A stretch of 61,259 bases of DNA from Candidatus Uhrbacteria bacterium CG10_big_fil_rev_8_21_14_0_10_48_11. GTDB lineage: Bacteria; Patescibacteriota; Patescibacteriia; GWA2-46-9. This document shows, one piece after another, positions 20,306-29,401 of this stretch. How positions within the stretch are numbered: the first letter of the stretch is position 1; the number at the start of each line of letters is the position of its first letter. A program made the position numbers and the translations under genes. Location of the stretch: assembly GCA_002793855.1 (NCBI GenBank), contig PFET01000009.1:87749-149007 (forward strand). The letters run 5' to 3'. The notes below the pieces were generated by a model. It was not told the DNA's origin. It searched no databases and worked only from the letters and a program-made list of their open reading frames with translations.

Positions 20306-21325
20306 TTAAGCTCCCTGGTTGATGAGCCCTTGGCTGGCCTTTAAGTCTTCTATCGTCTTAATGAGTCCGTCTTTTAATAGTGTTACCGGAAACCAGCTCA
20401 AGTTCTCTTTGGCGCGCGCAATGTTCGGGACAAGGTGTGGACGAAAACCATCGGGGTAATCCGGGCGAACCAACAGCTCTACTTCTTCGCCGACAATCTG
20501 CATCATCTGATGCGCAAGGTCAGTCAGCTTCAACGCTTGATCGCTACCAATGTTGACCGGTTGTTCGTCTCCGGCTGCCATTAGTCTAATAAGACCCTTC
20601 ACGGTGTCGGTAATGTAAGAAAACGAGCCAACGGCTTCTGACCCGCCGTAGACAATAACCTCTTCGCCGCTAAGTATCCTTTGTAAAAATTCAGTAAGCA
20701 CGTTAGAGTCGTCCAGACGCATTCGCGGACCATAGGTGGTAAAGACACGCGCTACGCGAACGCTAATCTCGTAATTGCGCCGATAGGTTTCAACCAGCGC
20801 CTCGCCAAAACGTTCGGCAACGGCGTAAGCGCTAAAGTTATCAATGTGCGGCACAATGCCTTCGGCGCTCTCGCTGACGTGATCCCCGCCGTTTAGCACC
20901 TCGCCGTACGCTGCGTCGGATGATACATAGCAAAACGTTGCCTTGTTCTCTTTTGCAAGATCAAGCGCGTATCTAAGCCCAACCGAATTAACCATCATTG
21001 TTTCAACCGGAAACTTTTTGACATCAATGCGAGAGGATGGGGACGCCAAAAAGTACACCTCCTGCACCCCTTGCCACGCTGCCTTAAATTTCGTCAACGC
21101 CCGTTCACTACCAGAAAGCGAGAACGGTTCGGTGATGTCGTGGCGAATAAAAGCAAAATCTGGGTTTGAGAGCAGGTGATCAATGTTCTGTTCTGAACCA
21201 GTCAAATAGTTATCGAGGCAAATAACCTTAGCCGTCTTCACCAACTCGTCGCAGAGATGCGAGCCGATAAAACCGGCACCTCCAATGACGAGGACGTTCT
21301 TCTTTTCAAATATTGGTTTAGCCAT
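20306..21325 (-). CDS. NAD-dependent epimerase/dehydratase (UDP-glucuronate decarboxylase-like) with degenerate catalytic motif
   Basis: GGAGFIGSHLCD, LASP, YGPRM and NIGS motifs. The canonical YxxxK reads YAVAE. Confidence 0.8.
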   Translation of the reverse strand: MAKPIFEKKNVLVIGGAGFIGSHLCDELVKTAKVICLDNYLTGSEQNIDHLLSNPDFAFIRHDITEPFSLSGSERALTKFKAAWQGVQEVYFLASPSSRIDVKKFPVETMMVNSVGLRYALDLAKENKATFCYVSSDAAYGEVLNGGDHVSESAEGIVPHIDNFSAYAVAERFGEALVETYRRNYEISVRVARVFTTYGPRMRLDDSNVLTEFLQRILSGEEVIVYGGSEAVGSFSYITDTVKGLIRLMAAGDEQPVNIGSDQALKLTDLAHQMMQIVGEEVELLVRPDYPDGFRPHLVPNIARAKENLSWFPVTLLKDGLIKTIEDLKASQGLINQGA

Positions 21326-21344
21326 AAAGTCCTGTTTACGTTTC

Positions 21345-21752
21345 CTAATGGTCTAAAGTATAACGAAAAACCCACTTTTTGGCGAGCACAAAGTTCCAGC
21401 AAATCGATACGGTAACAATGGCACACAGCTTAGCGACAAGGTCAAAGATATGAAACTGTTCAACAAACACTGCCAGCAGTAAGTTCTGCCAAACAATGCC
21501 GGCGCCATACACCAGCAAGAACTTTCCATAACGATGCAAAGAGAGCGGCTCTGGGTGACGAAAGGTAAAGCGATGATGCAAGGTGTAGGCAACTGTCGCC
21601 CCAATGAGCGACGTACCAATACTGGTTAAGAGATAATATTCGTAAAGAAACGGCACCAAGCGGGTTAGTATCCCATACGAACCAAAGTCAGCAGCGGCCG
21701 CCGTTAGCCCGACACTAAAAAAACGCAACAGTTGAAAGGCAAACGCCACCAT
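21345..21752 (-). CDS. GtrA family membrane protein
   Basis: Q-x-LRFF-x-VG, RFTF and WNFVLAKKWVF motifs with four TM segments. Confidence 0.85.
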   Translation of the reverse strand: MVAFAFQLLRFFSVGLTAAAADFGSYGILTRLVPFLYEYYLLTSIGTSLIGATVAYTLHHRFTFRHPEPLSLHRYGKFLLVYGAGIVWQNLLLAVFVEQFHIFDLVAKLCAIVTVSICWNFVLAKKWVFRYTLDH

Positions 21753-21758
21753 AATTAG

Positions 21759-23849
21759 CTAGCGCAGCACCACAACGTTTATCCCGCCTCGATAGTTTTC
21801 GTTGTAGGCAAAAAACTGACCAATCACATTACCGCGAGAAGTAAAAATGCGTACCTGTGGGCCGCCGCCAGAAAATGGCGCAATGACAATTTCGTCCTTG
21901 CCGTCACTCGTAACATCACCGACAGAGAGCGAAACACCACCGCGGAATACTTCCGGCAAAACGAAGAACTGACCAAGTACTCCGCCACTGCTGTTAAAGA
22001 TGCGTACCTGTGGGCCGCCGCCGGCAACCGGCGCGGTAACAATTTCCGCACGACCATCGCCGTCCAAATCCCCCGCCGCGACGTTGACGCCGCCGCGGTA
22101 CGTCGGGTACGGGTACCACTCGTCAAGCAAATATCCTTTGTCATTAAAAACACGCACCGGCAAATTCTTTAGCGTGGTAGAACTCACAATAATTTCATCT
22201 TTGCCATCACGGTTAACGTCCGCCGTCGCTACACTAAAACCACCACGCAATTTTTTGTCATAGGCAAAAAATTGTAGCTTCACGTTGCCACCGCGGTCGA
22301 ATACTCTAATCTGTGGGCCGCCGTTAGCAGCTGCCGCTACCATAATGCTACCGACGCCATCACCAAAGACATTGCCGGAAGCAACGTTTATCGGTGAGCG
22401 CATTGGTCGGTCAAAGGCGTACCACTGCGACAACGCAGAGCCGGCAGTTGAGAGTATACGTAACCTACCAAGGCCACCAATCCCCTCGCCTTCTACAATG
22501 CGCTGCTCACCGCGAATGATGGCACTAATACGCAAAGTGTTTTCTTCTGGTACCAGACGAGAGTTTTCACTAATAGCAATGCCACCACCACCGACAAAGT
22601 CTCGGTCATACGCCGGCCAGCTATATTGTATACCGCCATCGTTATAGAAAAGCTTTAATGCCGGCTCATACCCACTATGGGCAACGGTAACAATCCGACC
22701 ATTGGTACTTGCTATTGCGACGGGCGGCGTCAAGGCTGGTGAAGCGGCACCCAAAATCGCTCGGCTGGCATTTATCCGTCCGGCGCCGAGCTTGTCGTTA
22801 AACCCACGGTTAGCCACAGAAATATGATCCGCGCTTTTAAGTATGACGTTGGTAATTTGCGCGTTGGTCAGCGCTGGATGCGCCGCCTTAATAAGCGCCG
22901 CCACGCCGGAAACTACCGGTGTCGCAACAGACGTGCCGGACCAACCGCCACCGTAAGCATCGGTTAACCCTTTGGCAAGGTCGTATACTTCGGTGCTATA
23001 AAAGAGCGTCCCCGGTGCAGAAATGTCGACGCAACTGCCATAGTTAGAACTTTTTAATTTCTGATCGAGTGTGTCAGTTGCGGCAACACCCAAAATCCAA
23101 TTTTCGTTTGACCCACTGTCAAAGCACACCGGATAGCGCTGGTCAGCATCGAGGTCGCAGTCGGTACCATTGTTGTTGCCCGCCGCCACCACAACCAAAA
23201 CACCGGCGTCGTAGGCGCGCTTTAAGGACGCGTAGAGTCGGTTACTATATCCGGGACCGACAAAGCTTAAATTGATAACGTTGGCACCGTTATTGACCGC
23301 GTAATCAACTGCGTCCGCAACGATATTGACGTCCCCCTCCCCCTTAGAGTCGAGAACACGCAATGGCATAATGCGCGTGTGCCACGTAACGCCAGCGATA
23401 CCTTCAACGTTGTTTCCTTCTGCCGCAATAATGCCGGAAACAACCGTACCGTGATTTAAGGCGGTCAAACTAAACGGCGGCGTTGCGTCCGGTCGTGGGT
23501 CAGGGCTGTTGGTAACAAAATCCCAGCCATGGACATCGTCAACGTACCCGTTGCCGTCGTTATCTTTACCATCGTGTTCTATTTCACCGGGGTTCGTCAA
23601 AATGTTGTTACGTAAATCCGGATGGTAGATATCTACTCCGGTATCCAGTACCGCAACAACAACGTCCGGGCCGCCGGTTGTCGTCTCCCACGCATTAGGC
23701 GCGCCAATCTGCTGCAGATACCACTGCTGAGGATAATGAATGTCATTCGGGTCAAAAGCGGCTAGTGTCGTTTCTGTAAAAAACGCAAATAGCAGCACTA
23801 CGGTTGTAATGAATTTGCCAGTTTTAAAAAATGAGGGCATGTCTAACAT
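21759..23849 (-). CDS. Subtilisin-like S8 peptidase with C-terminal FG-GAP-like repeats
   Basis: Catalytic triad in VLDTG, HGTVVSG and SGTSVATP. Repeated GGPQ(I/V)R(I/V)F and GD-x-x-x-DG-x-x-EI units follow. TATACT-N7-ATG gives a leaderless start. Confidence 0.92.
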   Translation of the reverse strand: MLDMPSFFKTGKFITTVVLLFAFFTETTLAAFDPNDIHYPQQWYLQQIGAPNAWETTTGGPDVVVAVLDTGVDIYHPDLRNNILTNPGEIEHDGKDNDGNGYVDDVHGWDFVTNSPDPRPDATPPFSLTALNHGTVVSGIIAAEGNNVEGIAGVTWHTRIMPLRVLDSKGEGDVNIVADAVDYAVNNGANVINLSFVGPGYSNRLYASLKRAYDAGVLVVVAAGNNNGTDCDLDADQRYPVCFDSGSNENWILGVAATDTLDQKLKSSNYGSCVDISAPGTLFYSTEVYDLAKGLTDAYGGGWSGTSVATPVVSGVAALIKAAHPALTNAQITNVILKSADHISVANRGFNDKLGAGRINASRAILGAASPALTPPVAIASTNGRIVTVAHSGYEPALKLFYNDGGIQYSWPAYDRDFVGGGGIAISENSRLVPEENTLRISAIIRGEQRIVEGEGIGGLGRLRILSTAGSALSQWYAFDRPMRSPINVASGNVFGDGVGSIMVAAAANGGPQIRVFDRGGNVKLQFFAYDKKLRGGFSVATADVNRDGKDEIIVSSTTLKNLPVRVFNDKGYLLDEWYPYPTYRGGVNVAAGDLDGDGRAEIVTAPVAGGGPQVRIFNSSGGVLGQFFVLPEVFRGGVSLSVGDVTSDGKDEIVIAPFSGGGPQVRIFTSRGNVIGQFFAYNENYRGGINVVVLR

Positions 23850-23897
23850 AGACTTAAGTATAGCAGGACAACCACTATTTTATTCCAAAATAAAAAA

Positions 23898-24668
23898 CTA
23901 CTTGGTTGTCCCCTCTAATTCCCTGATTTGGTTGCTAATATCATCATGCAAAACACCGGGGGGTGTGCGACGTAACCATTCGTTATAATATTTGATAGCG
24001 TTTTCTTTATTGCCTTGCCCTTGCCAATATTGCGCCGATAGACGTAAAAACTCATCACTACCAGTCTGGGTGAATGCATCCGCATAGATTTTTGGTAGTA
24101 GGTACGATTTTTCTGTTAGATAATTCTGGTACACGTCTGCCTCGAGAATGTAGCCATCTGAAAGTTTAGGAAATGCTCGAACCGACTCCAAGGCATAGCG
24201 CTCAGCTTTAGCAAAATCACGAGTTACCTCATACAACTTGACCAAATTCCACAACACAACCGTTGCCTTCGGAGCATACTGATATGCTTTCAAAAAACTT
24301 TCCTCTGCGCCCGCGTAATCTTGAAGTCCATACTGCTGAGAACCGAGATCAACCCAAAGCTGAGCGTCGTTTGGCGTTTTAGCAATGCCGTCGAGTGCGG
24401 CAACAATCTGCGGACGATGAACATCCTTATACGAGTCACTATCACTGTACCTTCGGTCAAATTTAGCAACCGTGCGTGATTTCACCGCATCTCGATACGT
24501 GTTGACCCCAAAACTTTTTACGTTTTCGATTTTTTGAGCCAGTCCGTCTTTGCCACGAGTAATCGTCTGAATAACAAGTTCTTTCTTTTGATACACAAAA
24601 AACCCACCAGCTAAAAAAACTAGCAATCCTATAAATAATAAACCGCGCACGATGTATCGCTTGGTCAT
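23898..24668 (-). CDS. Membrane-anchored TPR protein
   Basis: N-terminal TM segment and TPR-like helices (LGSQQYGLQDYAGAEESFLKA). The start is placed at ATG 24668. Confidence 0.75.
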   Translation of the reverse strand: MTKRYIVRGLLFIGLLVFLAGGFFVYQKKELVIQTITRGKDGLAQKIENVKSFGVNTYRDAVKSRTVAKFDRRYSDSDSYKDVHRPQIVAALDGIAKTPNDAQLWVDLGSQQYGLQDYAGAEESFLKAYQYAPKATVVLWNLVKLYEVTRDFAKAERYALESVRAFPKLSDGYILEADVYQNYLTEKSYLLPKIYADAFTQTGSDEFLRLSAQYWQGQGNKENAIKYYNEWLRRTPPGVLHDDISNQIRELEGTTK

Positions 24669-24717
24669 AGAAGTAAACACAAGATACCGCCTTTTCTTAA
24701 ATATTTCAACCGCGACC

Positions 24718-24758
24718 AAAGCAAATCCCCCCGGGCTTTCGCCCGGGGGGATTGCTTT
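24718..24758 (-). terminator. Intrinsic terminator of the S-layer-like gene
   Basis: AAAGCAAATCCCCCCGGGC / TTTC / GCCCGGGGGGATTGCTTT, about 47 nt after the stop codon. Confidence 0.8.
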
Positions 24759-24804
24759 CTTTATCCGATTCGAATAAACGAATCGAGTAGAGAAGAATCG
24801 CTAC

Positions 24805-27800
24805 CTAGTACTGGTTCAATTGACCAGTAACCGGGTAGTAGTCAGTCACGTCCATGACCTGATTGCCAGTGCTGACGTTAAGAATCGTCGCCTGACCTGA
24901 GGTCGTAGTCGCAAATGTACCTGCTGTCGTGGTTCCTGTTGAACCGTACTTACCGTTCACGTCCGTGTAGTCCCATCGTACGCCACCCAATGTTTGTGTG
25001 GAGTCGATTGCCGCTGAGGCACCGAGCCACTGACCCTTACCGGCTTGACCGTCAAGGTAGAGCTGGTAAGTGAGAGGGTTCGTGGTTGTTGCACCCGTAC
25101 GAACCGCAGAGGTGTTTGCCTTGACGACAAAGTCAGTCGAGGATCCTCGTGAGATCGTAATCGGGCTAGAGAGCAAGAACGTTACGACGCTGCCACTTGC
25201 AATGCGAGCTGTTGGCGCGTTAGCTAAGATGTTGTCCGTTCCGTCATTGACGAAGAACGAGACAGTCTTTGCTTGGCCGTTCTGCCAGAGCTGCATGTCG
25301 TAGAGACCAGCGCTGTTAGTACCCGCAGTCAAGATGATGGTACCGGCAGGGACACCACCAGAACAGGTGGTGCTACCGTCAGCAATCGTCACGTACTTGG
25401 ACGTAAGGGCAATAATCGCAGTCTTCGACGTCGTGTTGACACCAGTAAAGGTTTCGAGTGTTGTTGTACCACTACCACTCTTGACCGTCACCGTGTCGCT
25501 CGCTGTGTTACCGGTCGTTACAATGACCTGGTAAAGATCGACTGGCACTGTGGTCTTCTGGCTCACAGTAATGACTCCTGAAGTCGTACACGGATCACTG
25601 TTAGCGGCCACTGAGGTCACTGGTGCCAAGTATGAACCGGAGGTCTTTACCTGAAGAGCATTGATGATGAGATCACGCGTTCCGGTTGCGGCGATGTTGA
25701 AGTCAGCAATGGACTGGCTGGTGGAACCAGCAGTACCGCTTACTGAAGCAACAGTCACGACTGGCTCAACGTTGTGGTTGATGAGCGTATTTGATTGGAA
25801 CTGAAGGTTGGTTGCAGCTGGAGTAATAGTCGCGTCGTAAATGATAACGCGACCTCCTGCTACGGTAACCGTCGCGGCAGTACCCAAAGTGAGTGTCGTG
25901 CTTGTTGGCGCAGCGCTCACAGTAAAGCCGGAACCGGAGTTCGTTTCAGTACCACCCGACGTGACAACACCATCGTTGTTCAAGTCGATAGCAACTTTTT
26001 GACCAACCGTAAATTGAGATGAGTCATTAACCGTCAAGGTCGTTGAGGCCGAGCTCGTTGCGGATGTAACACCACCCGAGGCGCGGACCGTTGTACCTGA
26101 CGAGTTGCCGACGTACTCAAAGTACGTTGGTGCAACGAAAGTTTGCTGACCAGGGGTCTGCACACCGGAACCGGTGGCGGTCGCCTTAACGGTCAAAACC
26201 TTTGCAGAGTCAGACTTGACAACAACAAAACCGAGACCAGTGAATCGAACTTCACCGCTCACAATTTGTGCTGTTGAACCAACCTGAGTTGAACCATTGA
26301 AGAGTTTGACGTCCTGGTAGTTACCTGAACCATTAGTGAAGGCAAGGTAGAGCTTGTTCAGGGTCAAATCTTCTGCGTTGGTGTTCTCAGAGACCTTAAG
26401 GGTTAGGAGCGGAACATCAATTTGGCTCGCGGTCACTACCTGCTGAATTGGCGTACCAGCAGCATCAGACTGGAGAAGAAGCGTACCGTTGGCAGTCATA
26501 GTGATTGACTGACCCTGAGTGGCGGTTGCTGTCTTTGTGGTCTGTGATGATTGTCCAACACCGGCAGTAACGGAAAGTTTGGTTGAGAGGATGTCTGATC
26601 CAGACGTGTACGGGTTGAAAGCCGTTGAGACGTCAGCGTAGACATCGACCTGAACCGTGCCGGAAGCCGGAACGACCGCATTACCCGAGAACGAATCAGT
26701 TGAACCAGCGGTAACGCTTGAGATTGGTGTCCCAAAAGCGGTTTCACCAATCTTCAAGTTTACGTTGCTGATACCTGTTGGTACCGCAGCAGTCGTAAAG
26801 ACAGCTGCCGCAGTACTCGTACCGTTGTTTGTACCAATAAGCACGCCCATCGTAGTCAAGTTAACCCCTTCAGCTGCACCGGCCTGGACGTTGAAGGAAC
26901 CAATCTTGAGATTGGAACCACCCTTAACCAGGTTGGTTGGGTTGTAAGAGGAGTTGCTTGAAATGGTCAAACTACTGGTGTCTACTTGTCGCTGAATACC
27001 AGTAACAGTACTGGTGTCAGTGATGTAGTTGTTCGTTGACACGCGTCGAGCGTAGAAGCCCGTGATACGTACGGCATACGAATCAGTGCTCACCGCTGCT
27101 GAATTAATGTCAACGTAGAACTTCAACTTACCGGTGGTACCGGCCTTGACCGTGTAGTACGTGTTCAAGGTCTGTTGAGTACCGGCAACCCCGCTACCAG
27201 TACCGGTGGTCAACGTCGTCGAACATGACGCTGTACCAGGAGTGCTGTAGTAAATGGTTGCGCCCGTAGCAGATGAAGTATACACCGTTGAATCGTTTCC
27301 ATTGTTGATCTTAACAGTACCTGTCAAACAGGTGCTGCCGTTCGCCAACGCAGTGGAACCGTCTGAGGTAATCTGCCAGGTCAACTTCTGAACTTCAATG
27401 TCTTCACCAAATGCCTTAACGTCAAATGACGCCAAGAGAACGTTGGTAGCACCAGGTGCTACTTTGGCAGACGGTGAATCAGATGAACGGGAGATAATCA
27501 TCGAACCGGTCTTGAACTGAACGTAGTTACCTACGTCAGCGCCAGAACCATCACCAATGGGGAAGGTTGAAGAACCTGCCGCCGTTGGCAAGATGCCGGA
27601 ACCGGTGGACGTACCATAGATCTCAAGGTCGTAGTCGTTCTGCACCGTAAAGTCGAGCGTTCGGCCAGCGCTGTTAGAAACGCCAGGAACGTCTACGGAT
27701 AAGGTGAAGTCTCGCTGCGTACCTTTCGGAATGGTGTATGGACTTGCCGATAAGTCAAAATTGACTTTACCAGAGGTAGCGGTTGCCACGGTGGCAAGAA

Positions 27801-29196
27801 CGTTACCGTTTTGGTCCTTCAAACGAATGTTGGTGTAATCACCGTCAGCGGCAGAACCATTGTTGAAGACCGTCAGGTGGTTCAATGTGGCACCCTCTTG
27901 ACCGGTTGTTTCAGCAATGCGGAACTTCTGCACGTCAAGGTTGGTTGAACCTTGGTCAATCTGTGTTGGTGACGTACTTGTTCCACCAGCCAAAGTTTGT
28001 GAGGTGATGGTAACGGTGGCAACGCTACCCGAGGTCGGGATGAGCGAGAAGCCGTTACCCGACACTGGGAAACTACCGCTCACAGTTGCAGTTGTTTTAA
28101 CATCAGCTGCTGAGAGAACGGCGATGGCGTAGGTACCAGACAATGACGTGCTTGCGGCAATGTTTGTCTTTGCCCAAACGGAGACGGTCTGACCAGCCGG
28201 AACCACCAAGGGGTCATTCGGGAAAAGTACGTTAGCCTTGGTGTCGCCGAAAGTAACAACGTTACCGTAGCGTCGACCAGTGGCGTCGTAGATACCGACA
28301 CCCGAGAAGGTTGAATCTTGTGACAAACCTTGACGCGTCAAAACGATACCCGTGACGTTCACGGAACCATCGGCTGAAGCAGTCAAGTTGAGCTTTGTCG
28401 ACTTGTTGTAGGCTGTACCCGCTGCCTGGATGCCAGGAGCTGCCGTATCAGCGGCCAGAGCGACTGTCAAACCAGAACCGCCTGGCGTTGATGTTGAAGC
28501 ACCGCCGGTGAGGTTCCAGATGCTTGTGTCGGCGGAATTAATCTGTGAACCGGTGCTAAGTGCGTTAAACACACTGTCGTCGGCGACCAAAACATCCTTC
28601 GACTGAAATTTGTTAGCCGTAAAACCAGCGGCTGTCACCATGCGCTTTGAGGAACCGTCGACGTAGTAAACGTCGTTGGAGCTTGCCTGCTTGATGAGCG
28701 AACCGGTGGGGTAAGAATTTGTACTGATTGAAGAACCTAGGGTGTAGTTCACAAAGAACTCATCTGGTACGTCATCAACCAGTGATGCCCAGTTTGACCC
28801 ATAAAGAGTGGTCGCAATAGACTCGTTTTCAATCCAGCGCAGTGTGCCACCTGGCTCAACTGCGTAGACATGCGGGTCGGTTGTGATCTTTACGAGACGC
28901 GTACCTGGGCGGTACGTGATGTTTCCCTTAATGTGGTAGGACTGCATTTCGGATTGTGACACTGTCACAACGCTCGAAAAGTCAGAGTACCAAGTAAAGT
29001 ACGTCTTGCTGTTTGGGAAGACGTAGCGTAGGCCGTCTGTCCCGAGGTAGTAAACCGAGGTGCTCCCATCCATCTTGATGAGGTCACCGGCGGATGCCGC
29101 TCGCGTAGCGAGCGGTGCAAAACCGGCACCGATTGACCAAAGAATGGTCGTGGCGGTAACCGCAATGCTTACACCTCGCTTAATAATATTACTCAT
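24805..29196 (-). CDS. Large S-layer-like/surface protein (~1463 aa), CPR type
   Basis: A signal peptide ending ATRA is followed by the N-terminal domain GDLIK...VYY...DG-x-RYVFPN-x-KTY-x-TWY-x-DFS, which I associate with Parcubacteria surface proteins. The rest is Ser/Thr/Gly-rich beta repeats. It has a strong terminator, and the start is ATG 29196. Confidence 0.8.
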   Translation of the reverse strand: MSNIIKRGVSIAVTATTILWSIGAGFAPLATRAASAGDLIKMDGSTSVYYLGTDGLRYVFPNSKTYFTWYSDFSSVVTVSQSEMQSYHIKGNITYRPGTRLVKITTDPHVYAVEPGGTLRWIENESIATTLYGSNWASLVDDVPDEFFVNYTLGSSISTNSYPTGSLIKQASSNDVYYVDGSSKRMVTAAGFTANKFQSKDVLVADDSVFNALSTGSQINSADTSIWNLTGGASTSTPGGSGLTVALAADTAAPGIQAAGTAYNKSTKLNLTASADGSVNVTGIVLTRQGLSQDSTFSGVGIYDATGRRYGNVVTFGDTKANVLFPNDPLVVPAGQTVSVWAKTNIAASTSLSGTYAIAVLSAADVKTTATVSGSFPVSGNGFSLIPTSGSVATVTITSQTLAGGTSTSPTQIDQGSTNLDVQKFRIAETTGQEGATLNHLTVFNNGSAADGDYTNIRLKDQNGNVLATVATATSGKVNFDLSASPYTIPKGTQRDFTLSVDVPGVSNSAGRTLDFTVQNDYDLEIYGTSTGSGILPTAAGSSTFPIGDGSGADVGNYVQFKTGSMIISRSSDSPSAKVAPGATNVLLASFDVKAFGEDIEVQKLTWQITSDGSTALANGSTCLTGTVKINNGNDSTVYTSSATGATIYYSTPGTASCSTTLTTGTGSGVAGTQQTLNTYYTVKAGTTGKLKFYVDINSAAVSTDSYAVRITGFYARRVSTNNYITDTSTVTGIQRQVDTSSLTISSNSSYNPTNLVKGGSNLKIGSFNVQAGAAEGVNLTTMGVLIGTNNGTSTAAAVFTTAAVPTGISNVNLKIGETAFGTPISSVTAGSTDSFSGNAVVPASGTVQVDVYADVSTAFNPYTSGSDILSTKLSVTAGVGQSSQTTKTATATQGQSITMTANGTLLLQSDAAGTPIQQVVTASQIDVPLLTLKVSENTNAEDLTLNKLYLAFTNGSGNYQDVKLFNGSTQVGSTAQIVSGEVRFTGLGFVVVKSDSAKVLTVKATATGSGVQTPGQQTFVAPTYFEYVGNSSGTTVRASGGVTSATSSASTTLTVNDSSQFTVGQKVAIDLNNDGVVTSGGTETNSGSGFTVSAAPTSTTLTLGTAATVTVAGGRVIIYDATITPAATNLQFQSNTLINHNVEPVVTVASVSGTAGSTSQSIADFNIAATGTRDLIINALQVKTSGSYLAPVTSVAANSDPCTTSGVITVSQKTTVPVDLYQVIVTTGNTASDTVTVKSGSGTTTLETFTGVNTTSKTAIIALTSKYVTIADGSTTCSGGVPAGTIILTAGTNSAGLYDMQLWQNGQAKTVSFFVNDGTDNILANAPTARIASGSVVTFLLSSPITISRGSSTDFVVKANTSAVRTGATTTNPLTYQLYLDGQAGKGQWLGASAAIDSTQTLGGVRWDYTDVNGKYGSTGTTTAGTFATTTSGQATILNVSTGNQVMDVTDYYPVTGQLNQY

Positions 29197-29401
29197 GTTT
29201 CGTGGTTTCCTTTTAGTTACCTTCTCTAAAATTGAGAAGGATTTGCTAAGAGTTAACCATGAAACTCTGCGCATAGCAGATCGACCTTTGTTCCGTGGTC
29301 CGGCTTAACAGCCAGCCAAGAACAACCGATGTCTGATCGGCTGTACTGGGTTGAACGTTAAACATGAGCATGGAGTCTGCCATGGTAAGCGCGTTAGTAA
29401 A

